Source of the DNA: Deltaproteobacteria bacterium
GTDB lineage: Bacteria > Desulfobacterota > Binatia > UBA1149 > CAITLU01
Reading direction: 5' to 3'
DNA: 64,000 nucleotides
Assembly: GCA_016218925.1 (NCBI GenBank)
Contig: JACRCR010000109.1
Span: 42,053-106,052 of the forward strand
In this document: in pieces, positions 1 through 9,822 of the stretch
How positions within the stretch are numbered: position 1 is the stretch's first letter
How the letters are laid out: each line of letters opens with the position of its first letter
Program-made: the position numbers and the translations under genes
The notes under the pieces: generated by a model
Seen by the model: only the letters and a program-made list of their open reading frames with translations
Database searches by the model: none
Told to the model about the DNA's origin: nothing

Positions 1-722
1 TTGAGGTCGATCCGGAACTCGCCTCGCATGCGCGGATTTCCTTCGTTGACGACAAACGGGTGACGGTCTTCGAGGGCGACGCGCTGCGGCTGGACCTGCC
101 CGCGCTGATCGATTCCGGCGTTCACGTCGTCGCCAATCTTCCCTACGAGAGCGGCACCGCTATCGTTTCGTCGCTGCTGGCGCGACGAGGATTCGCGGCC
201 GACATCGTCGTGATGCTGCAGCGCGAGGTCGTCGCGAGGCTTGCCGCCAAGCCGGGCAGCAAGACCTACGGCTCGCTGAGCGTGCTGACGCAGATGACCG
301 CCGACGTCGAGCTCGGCATGGTGCTGGCGCCGCGGGCGTTCCGGCCGCGGCCCAAGGTGGAATCGCAGATGGTGCGCCTGCGCCCGCTGGCCGCGCCGCG
401 TTTCGAGGTCGGCGACGAAGCGCTGTTTCGTGAGATGGTCTACCAGGCGTTTTCGATGCGCCGCAAGATGCTGCGCAACAGTCTGGGGCGCTGGCTGATC
501 ACGCGCTTTGGTGCAGGCGGTGAAGCGGTCTGCCACCGGGTGTTCAGCGCGGCGGCGGTGGCGCCGACCGCCAGACCCGAGGAGCTTCCCGGGGAAGCGT
601 TCGCCGCGCTGTCGCGCGCGATCCTGATCGAAGACGCGAAGCTGCTCGGCGCTGCGCAGACGAGTCCCGGTGCGGCTGCCGCTGCGCGTGCCTCGGCTGC
701 CAAAGAGAACGGGCGTGCCTGA
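1..722 (+). CDS. rsmA: 16S rRNA (adenine1518/1519-N6)-dimethyltransferase RsmA/KsgA, 5'-truncated at window edge
   Basis: Frame is open to position 1. 'VVANLPYESGTAIV' matches KsgA motif IV (NLPY), and the C-terminal helical domain is typical. Confidence 0.85.
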   Translation, partial: EVDPELASHARISFVDDKRVTVFEGDALRLDLPALIDSGVHVVANLPYESGTAIVSSLLARRGFAADIVVMLQREVVARLAAKPGSKTYGSLSVLTQMTADVELGMVLAPRAFRPRPKVESQMVRLRPLAAPRFEVGDEALFREMVYQAFSMRRKMLRNSLGRWLITRFGAGGEAVCHRVFSAAAVAPTARPEELPGEAFAALSRAILIEDAKLLGAAQTSPGAAAAARASAAKENGRA

Positions 723-1533
723 GCTTCCCGAAGTCGAAACCATACGGCGTTCGCTCGAGCCTTTGGTAGTCGGCCGCACCGTAGCCAGGCTCGAACTGCG
801 AACGCCGCGCCTGAGAGTGCCGCTCGGCGAGGAGCTTCGACGCGGCGTCGAGGGGCGTTGCATCACCGGCAGCGGGCGTCGCGGCAAGTATCTGTGGTTC
901 GTGCTGGAGGACGGGCGCGGCTGGTTCTTCCACATGGGGATGAGCGGCCGGCTGCGCTTCGTCGAAGGCGCGGACGCGGGCGAGGGAGTCCACGATCATC
1001 TGATCGCACGCTTTGCCGGCGGCGATGCTCTGGTGTTCCACGATCCGCGACGTTTCGGCCTGTCGATCGTCGATGATCCGGCCACCAGCAAGCTGCTTGC
1101 CGATATGGGCCCGGAGCCGCTCGACGAGGTGGCGTTCGACAGCGACTATCTTGCGGCGTTTCGCCGCCGCACCACGCGCGCGGTCAAAGACGTGCTGATG
1201 GACCAGCGCGTGGTCGCCGGTCTCGGCAACATCTACGTCAACGAGATTCTGTTCCTCAGCGGCGTGAGGCCGCGACGCAGCATGGTGCGGATGACGCTCC
1301 GCGACTGCGCGGCGGTGGTGGTCGCCACGCGCGAAGTGATCGCGGAAGCGATCGAGCACCGCGGCTCGTCGATCTCGGATTTCCTCGACGGCATCGGACA
1401 GCGCGGCGGCTACCAGTGGCGCCATCGCGTCTACGATCGCGAAGGCCAGCCTTGCACGACCTGCCGCGCGCCGATCAAGGTCGTGGTGGTCGGGCAGAGG
1501 TCGAGCTTCTACTGCCCTCGCTGCCAGCGCTGA
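715..1533 (+). CDS. mutM: formamidopyrimidine-DNA glycosylase (Fpg/MutM)
   Basis: GTG start gives N-terminal 'PELPEVETIRRSL' (catalytic Pro2/Glu3). C-terminal zinc finger CxxC...CxxC ('CTTCRAPI...YCPRCQ'). Confidence 0.9.
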   Translation: MPELPEVETIRRSLEPLVVGRTVARLELRTPRLRVPLGEELRRGVEGRCITGSGRRGKYLWFVLEDGRGWFFHMGMSGRLRFVEGADAGEGVHDHLIARFAGGDALVFHDPRRFGLSIVDDPATSKLLADMGPEPLDEVAFDSDYLAAFRRRTTRAVKDVLMDQRVVAGLGNIYVNEILFLSGVRPRRSMVRMTLRDCAAVVVATREVIAEAIEHRGSSISDFLDGIGQRGGYQWRHRVYDREGQPCTTCRAPIKVVVVGQRSSFYCPRCQR

Positions 1534-1540
1534 GGCCGCT

Positions 1541-2416
1541 TCAGCGCGAGCGCACGTCGAGAAAGTCGCGCAGCCCGTCGCCGAGCAGGGTCAGACCCAG
1601 CACCACCAGCGTTATCGCGATGCCGGGCGCCACGACCAGGTGCGGCGCTTCGACCAGGAATGAGCGGCCCTCGGCGAGCATCGATCCCCATGACGGCGTC
1701 GGCGGTTGCACGCCCAGGCCGAGGAAGCTCAGGCTCGCCTCCGCGACCACCGCGCCGGCCATTCCGACACAGGCCTGCACCAGCAGCGGCGCGATCGTCA
1801 GCGGAAGGATGTGCATGGCGAGCACGCGCAGCCTGGTGGCGCCGAGCGCGACCGCCGCTTCGACGTGCTCGCGCGACCTCACCGCGAGCACTTCGGCGCG
1901 CACCAGACGCGCGTAGCCGGTCCATCCGATGACGGTGAGGGCCAGAACCACGTTGGCGAGGCCGGGGCCGAGCGCGGCGGCCAGCGCGATCGCCAGCAGC
2001 AGACCCGGAAACGCGAGCAGAACATCGACCAATCGCATCAGCACGAAGTCGGTCTTGCCGCCGAGGAAGCCGGCCGCTGCACCGACGGCGACGCCGATAC
2101 CGACCGAGAAGACGACGGTGGCCAGCGAGACCAGCAGCGAAACGCGCGCGCCGTAGACGAGACGCGCAAGTACGTCGCGACCGAGTTTGTCCTGTCCCAG
2201 CGGGTGCGCCGCGCTCGGTCCCAGCAGGCCTTCGGAGAGCCGCATCTGCCAGGGCGAGTCCGCGGCGAGCCACACTCCAGCCAGCGCCGTGACCACGAGC
2301 GCGGCGAGCACCAGCAACCCGGCAGTCATTGCAACCCGCCGGGGCCTGGCAACCCGCCGGGGCCTGGCAACCCGCCGCAGCGCGGTCGCGCGACTGGACT
2401 CAGCGAAGCGCTGCAT
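1541..2416 (-). CDS. peptide/nickel ABC transporter permease (DppC/OppC-like)
   Basis: Multi-TM BPD_transp_1 fold with conserved 'EAA-like' loop 'AAVALGATRLRVLAMHILP'. The true start may be the internal Met at 2329. Confidence 0.8.
   Translation of the reverse strand: MQRFAESSRATALRRVARPRRVARPRRVAMTAGLLVLAALVVTALAGVWLAADSPWQMRLSEGLLGPSAAHPLGQDKLGRDVLARLVYGARVSLLVSLATVVFSVGIGVAVGAAAGFLGGKTDFVLMRLVDVLLAFPGLLLAIALAAALGPGLANVVLALTVIGWTGYARLVRAEVLAVRSREHVEAAVALGATRLRVLAMHILPLTIAPLLVQACVGMAGAVVAEASLSFLGLGVQPPTPSWGSMLAEGRSFLVEAPHLVVAPGIAITLVVLGLTLLGDGLRDFLDVRSR
2331..2375. repeat. 18-bp tandem direct repeat (ggggcctggcaacccgcc x2.5)
   Basis: Direct reading. It encodes RRVARP repeats at the N-terminus of the DppC-like ORF, or lies in the 5' leader if the start is at 2329. 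Confidence 0.5.
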
Positions 2417-3335
2417 CGCGCATCCTCGGGTTGACCGCCACGTAGGCGAGGTCGGTGGCGAGATTGACGAGCACGTACAGCGCCGCGATCACCAGCACGG
2501 CTCCTTGGACCACCGGATAGTCGCGCGCCGCGATCGCTTCGACCAGCAGGCGACCCAGACCCGGCCACGCAAAGATCGTTTCGGTTATCACCGATCCGCC
2601 GAGCACTGCGCCGAGTTGCAGACCGACCACCGAGAGCACCGGAGTCAGTGCGTTGGGCAGCGCGTGGCGCAGCAACGCGGCGCCTTCGCTGAGGCCCTTG
2701 GCGCGGGCGGTGCGAACGTAGTCCTCTGCGAGCGTCTCGAGCAGCGCGCTGCGTGTCATGCGCACCAGCACGCCGCTCATGCCGGCGCCGAGCGTGAGCG
2801 CAGGAAGTACCAGGTGGCGCAGCGACCCGGCGCCGGCCACCGGGAGCCAGCCGAGTTCCACCGAGAACAGCAGCACCAGCGCCGGGCCGAGCCAGAAGTT
2901 CGGTATCGCTATCGCGGCCAGGCTCGCGCCGAGCGCGAAACGATCGGCGCCGCCTCCCTTGCGGGCAGCGGCCAGCGCGCCAAGCGGTATGCCCAGAGCG
3001 AGCGCCACCAGGGTCGCCGCTCCGCCGAGCGCCAGGGTTGCCGGCAGGCGTTCGGCGATCAGGGCCGCTACCGGCCGATCGCTGCGCAGCGATCGGCCCA
3101 GGTCGCCGCGCGCGGTTGCGGCCAGGGATCGACCGTATTGCTCGACCAGTGGCCGGTCCAGTCCGAGTCGGGTCCGCATCTGCTCGCGATCGACTGCGGC
3201 GGCGCTCTCACCGAGCAGCACGTCGATCGGATCGCCGGGGACCGCGTGCAGGATCGCGAACACGAGCGTTGCCACGCCGAGCAGAGTGGGGATCAGGAAG
3301 GCCACGCGACGCAGCAGGTAGGCGCGCATCGTCAC
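2400..3335 (-). CDS. peptide/nickel ABC transporter permease (DppB/OppB-like)
   Basis: N-terminus 'LLRRVAFLIPTLLGVATLVFAILHAVPGDP' is the canonical DppB signature. Overlaps the downstream permease. Confidence 0.85.
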   Translation of the reverse strand: MTMRAYLLRRVAFLIPTLLGVATLVFAILHAVPGDPIDVLLGESAAAVDREQMRTRLGLDRPLVEQYGRSLAATARGDLGRSLRSDRPVAALIAERLPATLALGGAATLVALALGIPLGALAAARKGGGADRFALGASLAAIAIPNFWLGPALVLLFSVELGWLPVAGAGSLRHLVLPALTLGAGMSGVLVRMTRSALLETLAEDYVRTARAKGLSEGAALLRHALPNALTPVLSVVGLQLGAVLGGSVITETIFAWPGLGRLLVEAIAARDYPVVQGAVLVIAALYVLVNLATDLAYVAVNPRMRDAALR

Positions 3336-3413
3336 CGGCGTCCGTCGCAGAAGGGCGTTGCGGTCAGGCCGGGGTTGCCAATGCGGCGCGGTCGCGGCTT
3401 AACCGGTGGCGAG

Positions 3414-4946
3414 ATGACAGCGGCCCTCAAACTGCGCGTCCGCCTCGCCGGTCGCATCCAGTCGCTGGTGTGGAACGAACTGCCCGCCGACTGCTCGCCG
3501 CCGCGCGCGGCTGTGCAACACGGAGCGAGGGTGGCGTGGCTGGCGGTGCAGGGCTTTCGCAGCGATGCCTGCGCGCTGCGTTCGTGTGCTCTTGCGTATG
3601 CCAGCCTCATGGCCTTCGTTCCGGTACTCGCGGTGTCGTTCGCGTTCTTGCGCGGCTTCGGCTGGAGCGGCCAGCGCCTCGAACCGATGCTGCTCGAGCG
3701 TTTCGCGATGCTGTCTCCCGAAGCGGTCGCGACCATCATCTCGTACATCGATAATACCAGCATTGCCGGTCTTGGCGTCATCGGCGGCCTGTTCGTCGTC
3801 GGTTCCGCACTGTCGGTGATGCGCCAGGTGGAAGACTCGCTCGACCTGATATGGGGCAACCCTCGTCCTCGAGGGCTGGTGCGACGCTCCGCGGATTCGC
3901 TGGTGCTACTGGTAGCAGCGCCGTTGCTGCTCGCGCTCGCGGCCAGCGTGACGGCGGCGCTGCGCACCGCCGTCTACCTCGCGTGGTTGCACGATCTCGG
4001 CGGTGTGGGTCCGGTTCTCAGCGCGCTGACGCGGCTGGTTCCATACGGGGTGGTCTGCGGCCTGTTCACGTTCCTGTACGCGTTCCTTCCCAACGCCGAG
4101 GTGAGGCTGCGGTCGGCGCTGGCGGGCGGAATCGCAGCCGGCATCGCCTGGCAGGTAGCGCAGAACGCCTACGTCGCGTTCCAGTTCGGCATGCGCAACT
4201 ACAATGCCATCTACGGCACGCTGGCGCAGTTGCCGGTGCTGATGCTGTGGATGACCACGAGCTGGTTCATCGTGCTGGCCGGTGCCGAGTTGTCGGCGGT
4301 GGTACAGAACTTCGCCACGCTGCGGCGCGAGCAGCGCGCCACCAAGCCTGGAACCGCGGCGCGCGAGAGGCTGGCCTTGGCGCTGGTGTGCGAACTCGCC
4401 GAGGCGGCCCACGCACGGCGCGCGGCGCCGACCCTCGACCAGCTCTCGCATCTGCTCGACGCGCCGCTGCGCGAGGTGACGGAAGTGGTCGTGAGGCTCT
4501 CGGCTGCCGGGCTCGTGCACATGGGCGGCGACGAACAAGCCTATTGTTTTCTGTCGCTGGCGCCGAGCAGTGTAGCGCTCGAGCGAGTCGTCGCAGTGGC
4601 GAGGGACGAAGGGCAGGGCGCGCGCAGCGGTGGTGTCGAGGCGCCGACCGCCGGCAGCTTGCGCGATCTGCTCGGCGCACTGGAGTCGTCGCGTCGACGC
4701 GCCCTCGGTGCCGCCAGCCTTGCCGACCTCGTCGACCCTCGCGCTGGCCGTCGCGAACGAGTCGGTCCTTCCCAACGGATCGAGCAAGTCGGTCCTTCCC
4801 AACGGATCGAGCAAGTCGATCCTTCTCGACGGATCGAGCAAGTCGATCCTTCCCAACGGATCGAGCGAGTCGATCCTTCTGACGATCGGATCGATCGGGG
4901 CGAGCGGGTCGTTGACGAGGAAGCGGATCCCGTGCTTCGCAACTGA
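3414..4946 (+). CDS. YihY/BrkB (virulence factor BrkB / ribonuclease BN-like) family membrane protein with C-terminal repeat tail
   Basis: Six-TM YihY-like core ('LMAFVPVLAVSFAFL', 'AIYGTLAQLPVLMLWMTTSWFIVLAGAELSA'). ATG at 3414 follows the divergent DppB start. Confidence 0.8.
   Translation: MTAALKLRVRLAGRIQSLVWNELPADCSPPRAAVQHGARVAWLAVQGFRSDACALRSCALAYASLMAFVPVLAVSFAFLRGFGWSGQRLEPMLLERFAMLSPEAVATIISYIDNTSIAGLGVIGGLFVVGSALSVMRQVEDSLDLIWGNPRPRGLVRRSADSLVLLVAAPLLLALAASVTAALRTAVYLAWLHDLGGVGPVLSALTRLVPYGVVCGLFTFLYAFLPNAEVRLRSALAGGIAAGIAWQVAQNAYVAFQFGMRNYNAIYGTLAQLPVLMLWMTTSWFIVLAGAELSAVVQNFATLRREQRATKPGTAARERLALALVCELAEAAHARRAAPTLDQLSHLLDAPLREVTEVVVRLSAAGLVHMGGDEQAYCFLSLAPSSVALERVVAVARDEGQGARSGGVEAPTAGSLRDLLGALESSRRRALGAASLADLVDPRAGRRERVGPSQRIEQVGPSQRIEQVDPSRRIEQVDPSQRIERVDPSDDRIDRGERVVDEEADPVLRN
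4757..4880 (+). repeat. 21-bp tandem repeat (x~5.5) encoding heptad (V/D)PSQRIEQ repeats at the YihY C-terminus
   Basis: 'gtcggtccttcccaacggatcgagcaa' and near-copies were read directly. Confidence 0.8.
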
Positions 4947-4964
4947 CGGCGCCGCTGCCAGTCT

Positions 4965-6551
4965 TCAGCGCTGCGCGGCAAGGTGCGCGAAGGCGAGCCC
5001 GCCGAGATCTCCGGAGGTCGCTGGCTCGAATCCCTCGACGCGCGTCGACAGCACCGTCACGTTGAGAGGCCACCACAGGAACACGTAGGGGAGGCGTGCG
5101 GCGCTGCGGCGCTGGAGCCTGGCGTAGAGTCGTTTCCTTTGCTCGGTCGCGGTCGCGCGGCGCGCCCGGACCGCGAGTCGATCGATCGCCGTGTCGGCGA
5201 AGAAGCCGCGGTTGGCTCCGGCCGGCGCCGTCATCTGCGAATGGAAAGCGACGCGCATCAGGTCGGGGTCACGGATGCCGATCCATGCCAGCGCATACAG
5301 GTCGAAATCGCCGCGCCTGACGTCGTCGAAGAAGGTTCCCCATTCGTTGCTCTCGATGTCGAGCGCGATCCCGACCTCGGCGAGCTGCGCGGCCAGCACT
5401 TCGGCGATGCGGCGTCGCAGCTCGACGGTGCTGGTCCTGTAACGCAGGTGGAAACGCGCTTGCGGTCCGTCTGCGTCGGGATCGGCAAGACCGGCGCGAT
5501 CGAGCAGACGCCGTGCACGTGTTGGATCGTAGTCATAGCGGCGCACGTTGCCTTCGAACGCCCAGTGATGTGGCGGCAACATCCCGCTGGCTACCGTGGC
5601 CTGTCCGCGCAAGACGTGGGCGACGATCGCCTCGCGATCGATCGCGTAGGCGATCGCGCGACGCACGCGCACGTCGCGCAGGAACGGGTTGCGATGATTG
5701 AAGCCGAGATATTGCACGGCATCGTATGGACCGGTAACGACGCGCACGCGTGACTGATTGCGGGCCAGATACGCGACGGCGTCGGGTTCCAGAGCGTTCT
5801 CGACCAGGTCGAGACTGCCGTGACGCAATTCCAGCACGCGCATCGTCGCGTCCGGCACCACTCGAAACGTGATCGCGGCAAGCGTCGGCGATCCGCCGAA
5901 CCATTGCGCGAACGCTGCCAGTTGCACTTCGCCGTCGCGACCGCGCCTGGCTATTCGATAGGGGCCGCAGCCGATTGGATCGTCGACGCCGAGTGCGCCG
6001 GAGGCTTGCGCAGCCGGCAGGATGCCGAGTGTGGCGCCGTCGAAGAACGCGGCGTCGGGTTCGAGCAGAACGAAACGCACGCGATCGGCGGCGACTGCTT
6101 CTACGCTCTTCACCGCGGCCAGTGCCGCGCGTTTGGGTGATGCGAGCGTTGGGTCCAGCACCGAGCGATAGGTGGCCGCGACGTCGCGCGCGGTGACCGG
6201 CTGGCCGTCGTGGAACAGAGCGTTGCGCCTGAGCCGCACCAGCCAGCTTCCGTCGCTCTGGCGCTGCCAGTCCTCGGCGAGCGAGGAGGCGTACCCGCCC
6301 TGCGCGTCGGGTTCCATCAGCGCACAAGACACCAGCGCGCTGATCCGCGAGGCATTGGCGTCGGCGACCAGACGAGGATCGAGGGCGCCCGGCGCGGCCT
6401 CGATTCCGACGCTGAGCGAGCCGCGCGCGTCACTTGGCGAGGAGGGAGAGACTCCGCAGCCGCAGAGCAACGTGGCGGTCACCCAGCAGCATGCCCGCAG
6501 CGTCCCGCGCGGACCTGCCGCGACCTCGACAAAACGTTCCAACCGTCCAGA
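4965..6551 (-). CDS. ABC transporter substrate-binding lipoprotein, family 5 (DppA/OppA-like)
   Basis: SBP_bac_5 motifs ('YRIARRGRDGEVQLAAF', 'PYVFLWWP'). Lipoprotein signal 'TATLLCGCG'. The start is inferred as TTG at about 6551, since no in-frame ATG is present. Confidence 0.75.
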   Translation of the reverse strand, partial: SGRLERFVEVAAGPRGTLRACCWVTATLLCGCGVSPSSPSDARGSLSVGIEAAPGALDPRLVADANASRISALVSCALMEPDAQGGYASSLAEDWQRQSDGSWLVRLRRNALFHDGQPVTARDVAATYRSVLDPTLASPKRAALAAVKSVEAVAADRVRFVLLEPDAAFFDGATLGILPAAQASGALGVDDPIGCGPYRIARRGRDGEVQLAAFAQWFGGSPTLAAITFRVVPDATMRVLELRHGSLDLVENALEPDAVAYLARNQSRVRVVTGPYDAVQYLGFNHRNPFLRDVRVRRAIAYAIDREAIVAHVLRGQATVASGMLPPHHWAFEGNVRRYDYDPTRARRLLDRAGLADPDADGPQARFHLRYRTSTVELRRRIAEVLAAQLAEVGIALDIESNEWGTFFDDVRRGDFDLYALAWIGIRDPDLMRVAFHSQMTAPAGANRGFFADTAIDRLAVRARRATATEQRKRLYARLQRRSAARLPYVFLWWPLNVTVLSTRVEGFEPATSGDLGGLAFAHLAAQR

Positions 6552-6627
6552 AAAATGAGCCTTTTTGAATAGAAGCGCACTCGCCCGCCTGCTACCATGG
6601 CGGCTCGTCGACTTCAGGAGGTGCGGG

Positions 6628-8790
6628 ATGTCGAGACGGGTCGGGGTAGTGGCGGCAGTGGCGGTGGGGATCCTTCTTTCGGGATCCGTGGCCGGAGCGG
6701 TTTCGGCGGGGAGTACCCACTTTCCCAGGTACAAGGAACTGGAGCCCAACGTAGCCTTCTGGCGCGACTCCTTCACCAAGTGGACCAGTAAACAGATTGT
6801 CTTCCACGACGTCGAGCATCTCGACCTCGTGTATTCGGTGCTGTCGGTCGACGACCTCGTAACGGCTCTCCCGCTCAAGCAGCAGGAGGACGCCATCCGC
6901 GCCCGCCGCAAGGCCGAGGGCGAGCGCCTGGAGGCGATGCTCGAGCGCATCGGCGCAGGCCAGTCGCGAACGGAAGAGGAGCACCGCATCGTAAGAGCCA
7001 TTGCCCGCATCGGCCACGAGCCCGAGTACGCTAGCACGCTGGCCGCCCAGATCCGCTCCCAGCGCGGGCTCGGCGACAAGTTCTGCGGGGCGATGGAGCG
7101 CGCCTACGCCTACCTGCCGATGATGAGGCAGATCATGCGCAGCCAGCAGGTGCCCGAGGAACTGGTGGCGCTGCCGCTGGTAGAGTCCGGTTACCAGATC
7201 GGCGCCGACTCTTCGGTCGGAGCCGCCGGCATATGGCAGTTCATGCCCGCGACGGGTCGTCTCTATCTCGACGTCAACGACGCCTACGACGATCGCCGCG
7301 ATCCGCTGCGCGCCACCGAGGCGGCCGCACGCATGCTGCGCAAGAGCTACGACACGTTGGGGTCGTGGCCGCTTGCCATCACCTCCTACAACCACGGCCT
7401 GGGCGGCGTGGCGAATGCAGTCAAGACGATGGGCACCACGCATTTCGGTGTGATAGCTCGCCATTACAAGGGCAAGACCTTCGGGTTCGCCTCGCGCAAC
7501 TTCTACGCCGAGTTCCTGGCGGCGAGCGACTCGGTGACTCGTGCCGAAGAGATCTGTGGCCCGATTCGGGTCGAGCCCTACAGGCCCGACGAATTCACGC
7601 TCGAGGCCAGCGCCTCGCTGCGCGACCTTGCCAAGGCCGCTGGTATCAGCGTCGACGAGCTCGAGACCATCAACCCGGCGCTTCGCGACAGCGTAGTGCG
7701 CGGCACCAGGCGCGTTCCGGCCGGCTATCGTCTGAACTTGCCATCGGGCTCGGAGGATCGATTCGCGCTCGCTTACGCCAAGACCGGTCGTTCGGGCAAT
7801 GTGGTCGTCGCACAGGCGTCGGCGGCTAGGGCAACGGCTTCCGCTTCCGAGCGGAGCATTGCCTCGGCAGCTTCGGGGCCACGCCGCCACAAGGTGGCGC
7901 GAGGGCAGACCTTGTCCCAGATCGCCAGCCACTACGGTACCTCGGTAGCGACCCTGCAGAAGATGAACTCGATGGGACGCTCCAAAATGGTACGCATCGG
8001 TCAGGTTCTCGAGGTTCCTGGTGCGGCCGGCAGCGCCCCGGCCCAGCCGATGGTCGTCGCTTCGTCAACCGCACTGAAGGCGGCGGTCAAGGCTGCCGCC
8101 GAAGTCGATACCGGCGCGGCCGGCGCAGGCAGCGGCGGCAAGCCTTCGGCGGCGGTTCAGGCTGCCGAAGCGGCTGCCGACGCGGCCAAGACCGCCGTTG
8201 CGGCGGTTCCGGCTGCGGCAGTGGTTGCGAGCACAGAGCCGACCGCGAAGGCCGAGCCCGACGCCGTGCTCACCACTACCCACAAGGTCGGGCGAGGGCA
8301 GACGCTCACGCAGATTGCGTCGATGTACAAAACCTCGGTTGATGAACTGAAGGCGCTCAACGGGATCTCCGACTCGCGCGAATTGCGCTACGGCCAGTCG
8401 ATCAAGGTACGCACCAGCGGCACCGCTATCGCGGCTTCGGCGCCGGTCGGCGCGGGTTACAAGGTCAGGACCGGCGACACGCTCTGGAGCATCGCCCAGG
8501 CGCAGGGAACCTCGGTGGAAACCCTCAAGCGGATGAATCCGAGTCTGGCCGGCAGCGGTCTGAAGGCCGGGACCAGCGTCAGGGTACCGGCCCGAGGGTC
8601 GGCGGTAGTAGCCGCGGCTGCGGCCGCCAACACCAAAGCGACTTTTGCCTCGCACCGGGTCCAGCCGGGCCAGTCGCTGTCGGGCATTGCCCAGAAGTAC
8701 GGGACCTCGGTTGACGAGATAAAGCGCGTCAACGGGATCCGCGACTCGCGCAAAGTTCAAGCCGGGCAAACCCTTAGAGTTCCGCTGTAA
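6628..8790 (+). CDS. mltD: membrane-bound lytic murein transglycosylase D-like (SLT domain plus four LysM domains)
   Basis: Signal peptide. SLT catalytic region 'VESGYQ...GAAGIWQFMPATGR'. Four C-terminal LysM repeats ('HKVARGQTLSQIASHYGTSVATLQKMN', etc.). Confidence 0.85.
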   Translation: MSRRVGVVAAVAVGILLSGSVAGAVSAGSTHFPRYKELEPNVAFWRDSFTKWTSKQIVFHDVEHLDLVYSVLSVDDLVTALPLKQQEDAIRARRKAEGERLEAMLERIGAGQSRTEEEHRIVRAIARIGHEPEYASTLAAQIRSQRGLGDKFCGAMERAYAYLPMMRQIMRSQQVPEELVALPLVESGYQIGADSSVGAAGIWQFMPATGRLYLDVNDAYDDRRDPLRATEAAARMLRKSYDTLGSWPLAITSYNHGLGGVANAVKTMGTTHFGVIARHYKGKTFGFASRNFYAEFLAASDSVTRAEEICGPIRVEPYRPDEFTLEASASLRDLAKAAGISVDELETINPALRDSVVRGTRRVPAGYRLNLPSGSEDRFALAYAKTGRSGNVVVAQASAARATASASERSIASAASGPRRHKVARGQTLSQIASHYGTSVATLQKMNSMGRSKMVRIGQVLEVPGAAGSAPAQPMVVASSTALKAAVKAAAEVDTGAAGAGSGGKPSAAVQAAEAAADAAKTAVAAVPAAAVVASTEPTAKAEPDAVLTTTHKVGRGQTLTQIASMYKTSVDELKALNGISDSRELRYGQSIKVRTSGTAIAASAPVGAGYKVRTGDTLWSIAQAQGTSVETLKRMNPSLAGSGLKAGTSVRVPARGSAVVAAAAAANTKATFASHRVQPGQSLSGIAQKYGTSVDEIKRVNGIRDSRKVQAGQTLRVPL

Positions 8791-8938
8791 ACGGTCGGTC
8801 TAGCTTCGGAAACGCCGCCGTCGCGTGCTAGGGTGCCGGCGCGTGTTCGGGTTCCCCGTGTTGCGCAGTATGGAGGGTCGGCGCTGTGTCGCCGCTCGCC
8901 GAAGTGACGGGAGCCGAGCCCGCCCGAGAGGTTGATCC

Positions 8939-9766
8939 GTGCATACCTTGATGCTGCTGCTTGCCTCCGCCTGCTACGTTGGGGCGAGCCTGTGTTACGG
9001 CGCGAGTTTCTCGCGGCGCGAAGCGCCCGGAGCGCGCGTGGCGCCGTGGCTGCTGGCCTTCGCTTTCGGCATCCACACGCTGGATCTGGGGCGCGATCTG
9101 ATCACCGACGGGGTGTTGCCGGTGGCGACCTTCGCCGGCGGCTTCTCTTTTTTTGCCTGGCTGGTGGTCGGCGTCTATCTGGCCCTGCAGGCACGGCTGA
9201 GTTTGGCGGTGGTCGGCGCGCTGGTGAGCCCGCTCGCGTTCATAGCAGTGCTGCTCGATGTGATCGTGCGCGGCGACGACGTCGCGGTTCCGGAGGCTTT
9301 GCGTAGCCCCTGGCTCTTTGTCCACGTCACGTTGGCCTTTCTCGGCAACGCGGTGTTCGCACTGGCCTTCGCGGTCGGCGCCGTCTACCTGCTGCAGGAG
9401 CGGCTCATCAAGTCGCGGCACACGGCAGGTCTGGTACGCCGGCTTCCTCCGCTGGAGAAACTCGATCGTCTGAGCGCCGGGTTCCTGATCTGGGGCTTTC
9501 CGCTGATGACCCTCGGCATCGTCAGCGGCGGGGTCTGGTCGGCGAACTCGACCGGCCACTTCTGGACCGGCGAGCCGCGCGAAATTCTGGCGGTGCTGAC
9601 GTGGGTGCTGTACGCGGGCCTGCTGCAACTGCGGCTGCTCGGCGGTCTGCACGGCCGGCGCGCCGCAAGGTGGACGATAGTCGCATTCTCGTTGCTGCTG
9701 ACGTCGTACGTGGCGGTGAATCTGCTGCGACTTGGAACGCGCCACGGACTGGGGCTGGCGGGCTGA
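8939..9766 (+). CDS. cytochrome c assembly protein family membrane protein (CcsA/HemX-like) preceding hemA
   Basis: Eight-TM protein with a W-rich motif. Position immediately upstream of hemA is typical of deltaproteobacteria and Firmicutes. Confidence 0.65.
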   Translation: MHTLMLLLASACYVGASLCYGASFSRREAPGARVAPWLLAFAFGIHTLDLGRDLITDGVLPVATFAGGFSFFAWLVVGVYLALQARLSLAVVGALVSPLAFIAVLLDVIVRGDDVAVPEALRSPWLFVHVTLAFLGNAVFALAFAVGAVYLLQERLIKSRHTAGLVRRLPPLEKLDRLSAGFLIWGFPLMTLGIVSGGVWSANSTGHFWTGEPREILAVLTWVLYAGLLQLRLLGGLHGRRAARWTIVAFSLLLTSYVAVNLLRLGTRHGLGLAG

Positions 9767-9822
9767 ATGTCGACGGGGACGGGTCGAGGTACGCCGCGGC
9801 GGGCCTCGCGCGGGAACTGGCA

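Noticed and set aside
2187-3413. 5' portion of the 919-aa plus ORF upstream of the YihY start
   Set aside because: It overlaps two well-supported minus-strand permease genes and translates to Arg/Gln-rich nonsense. The true YihY start is the ATG at 3414.
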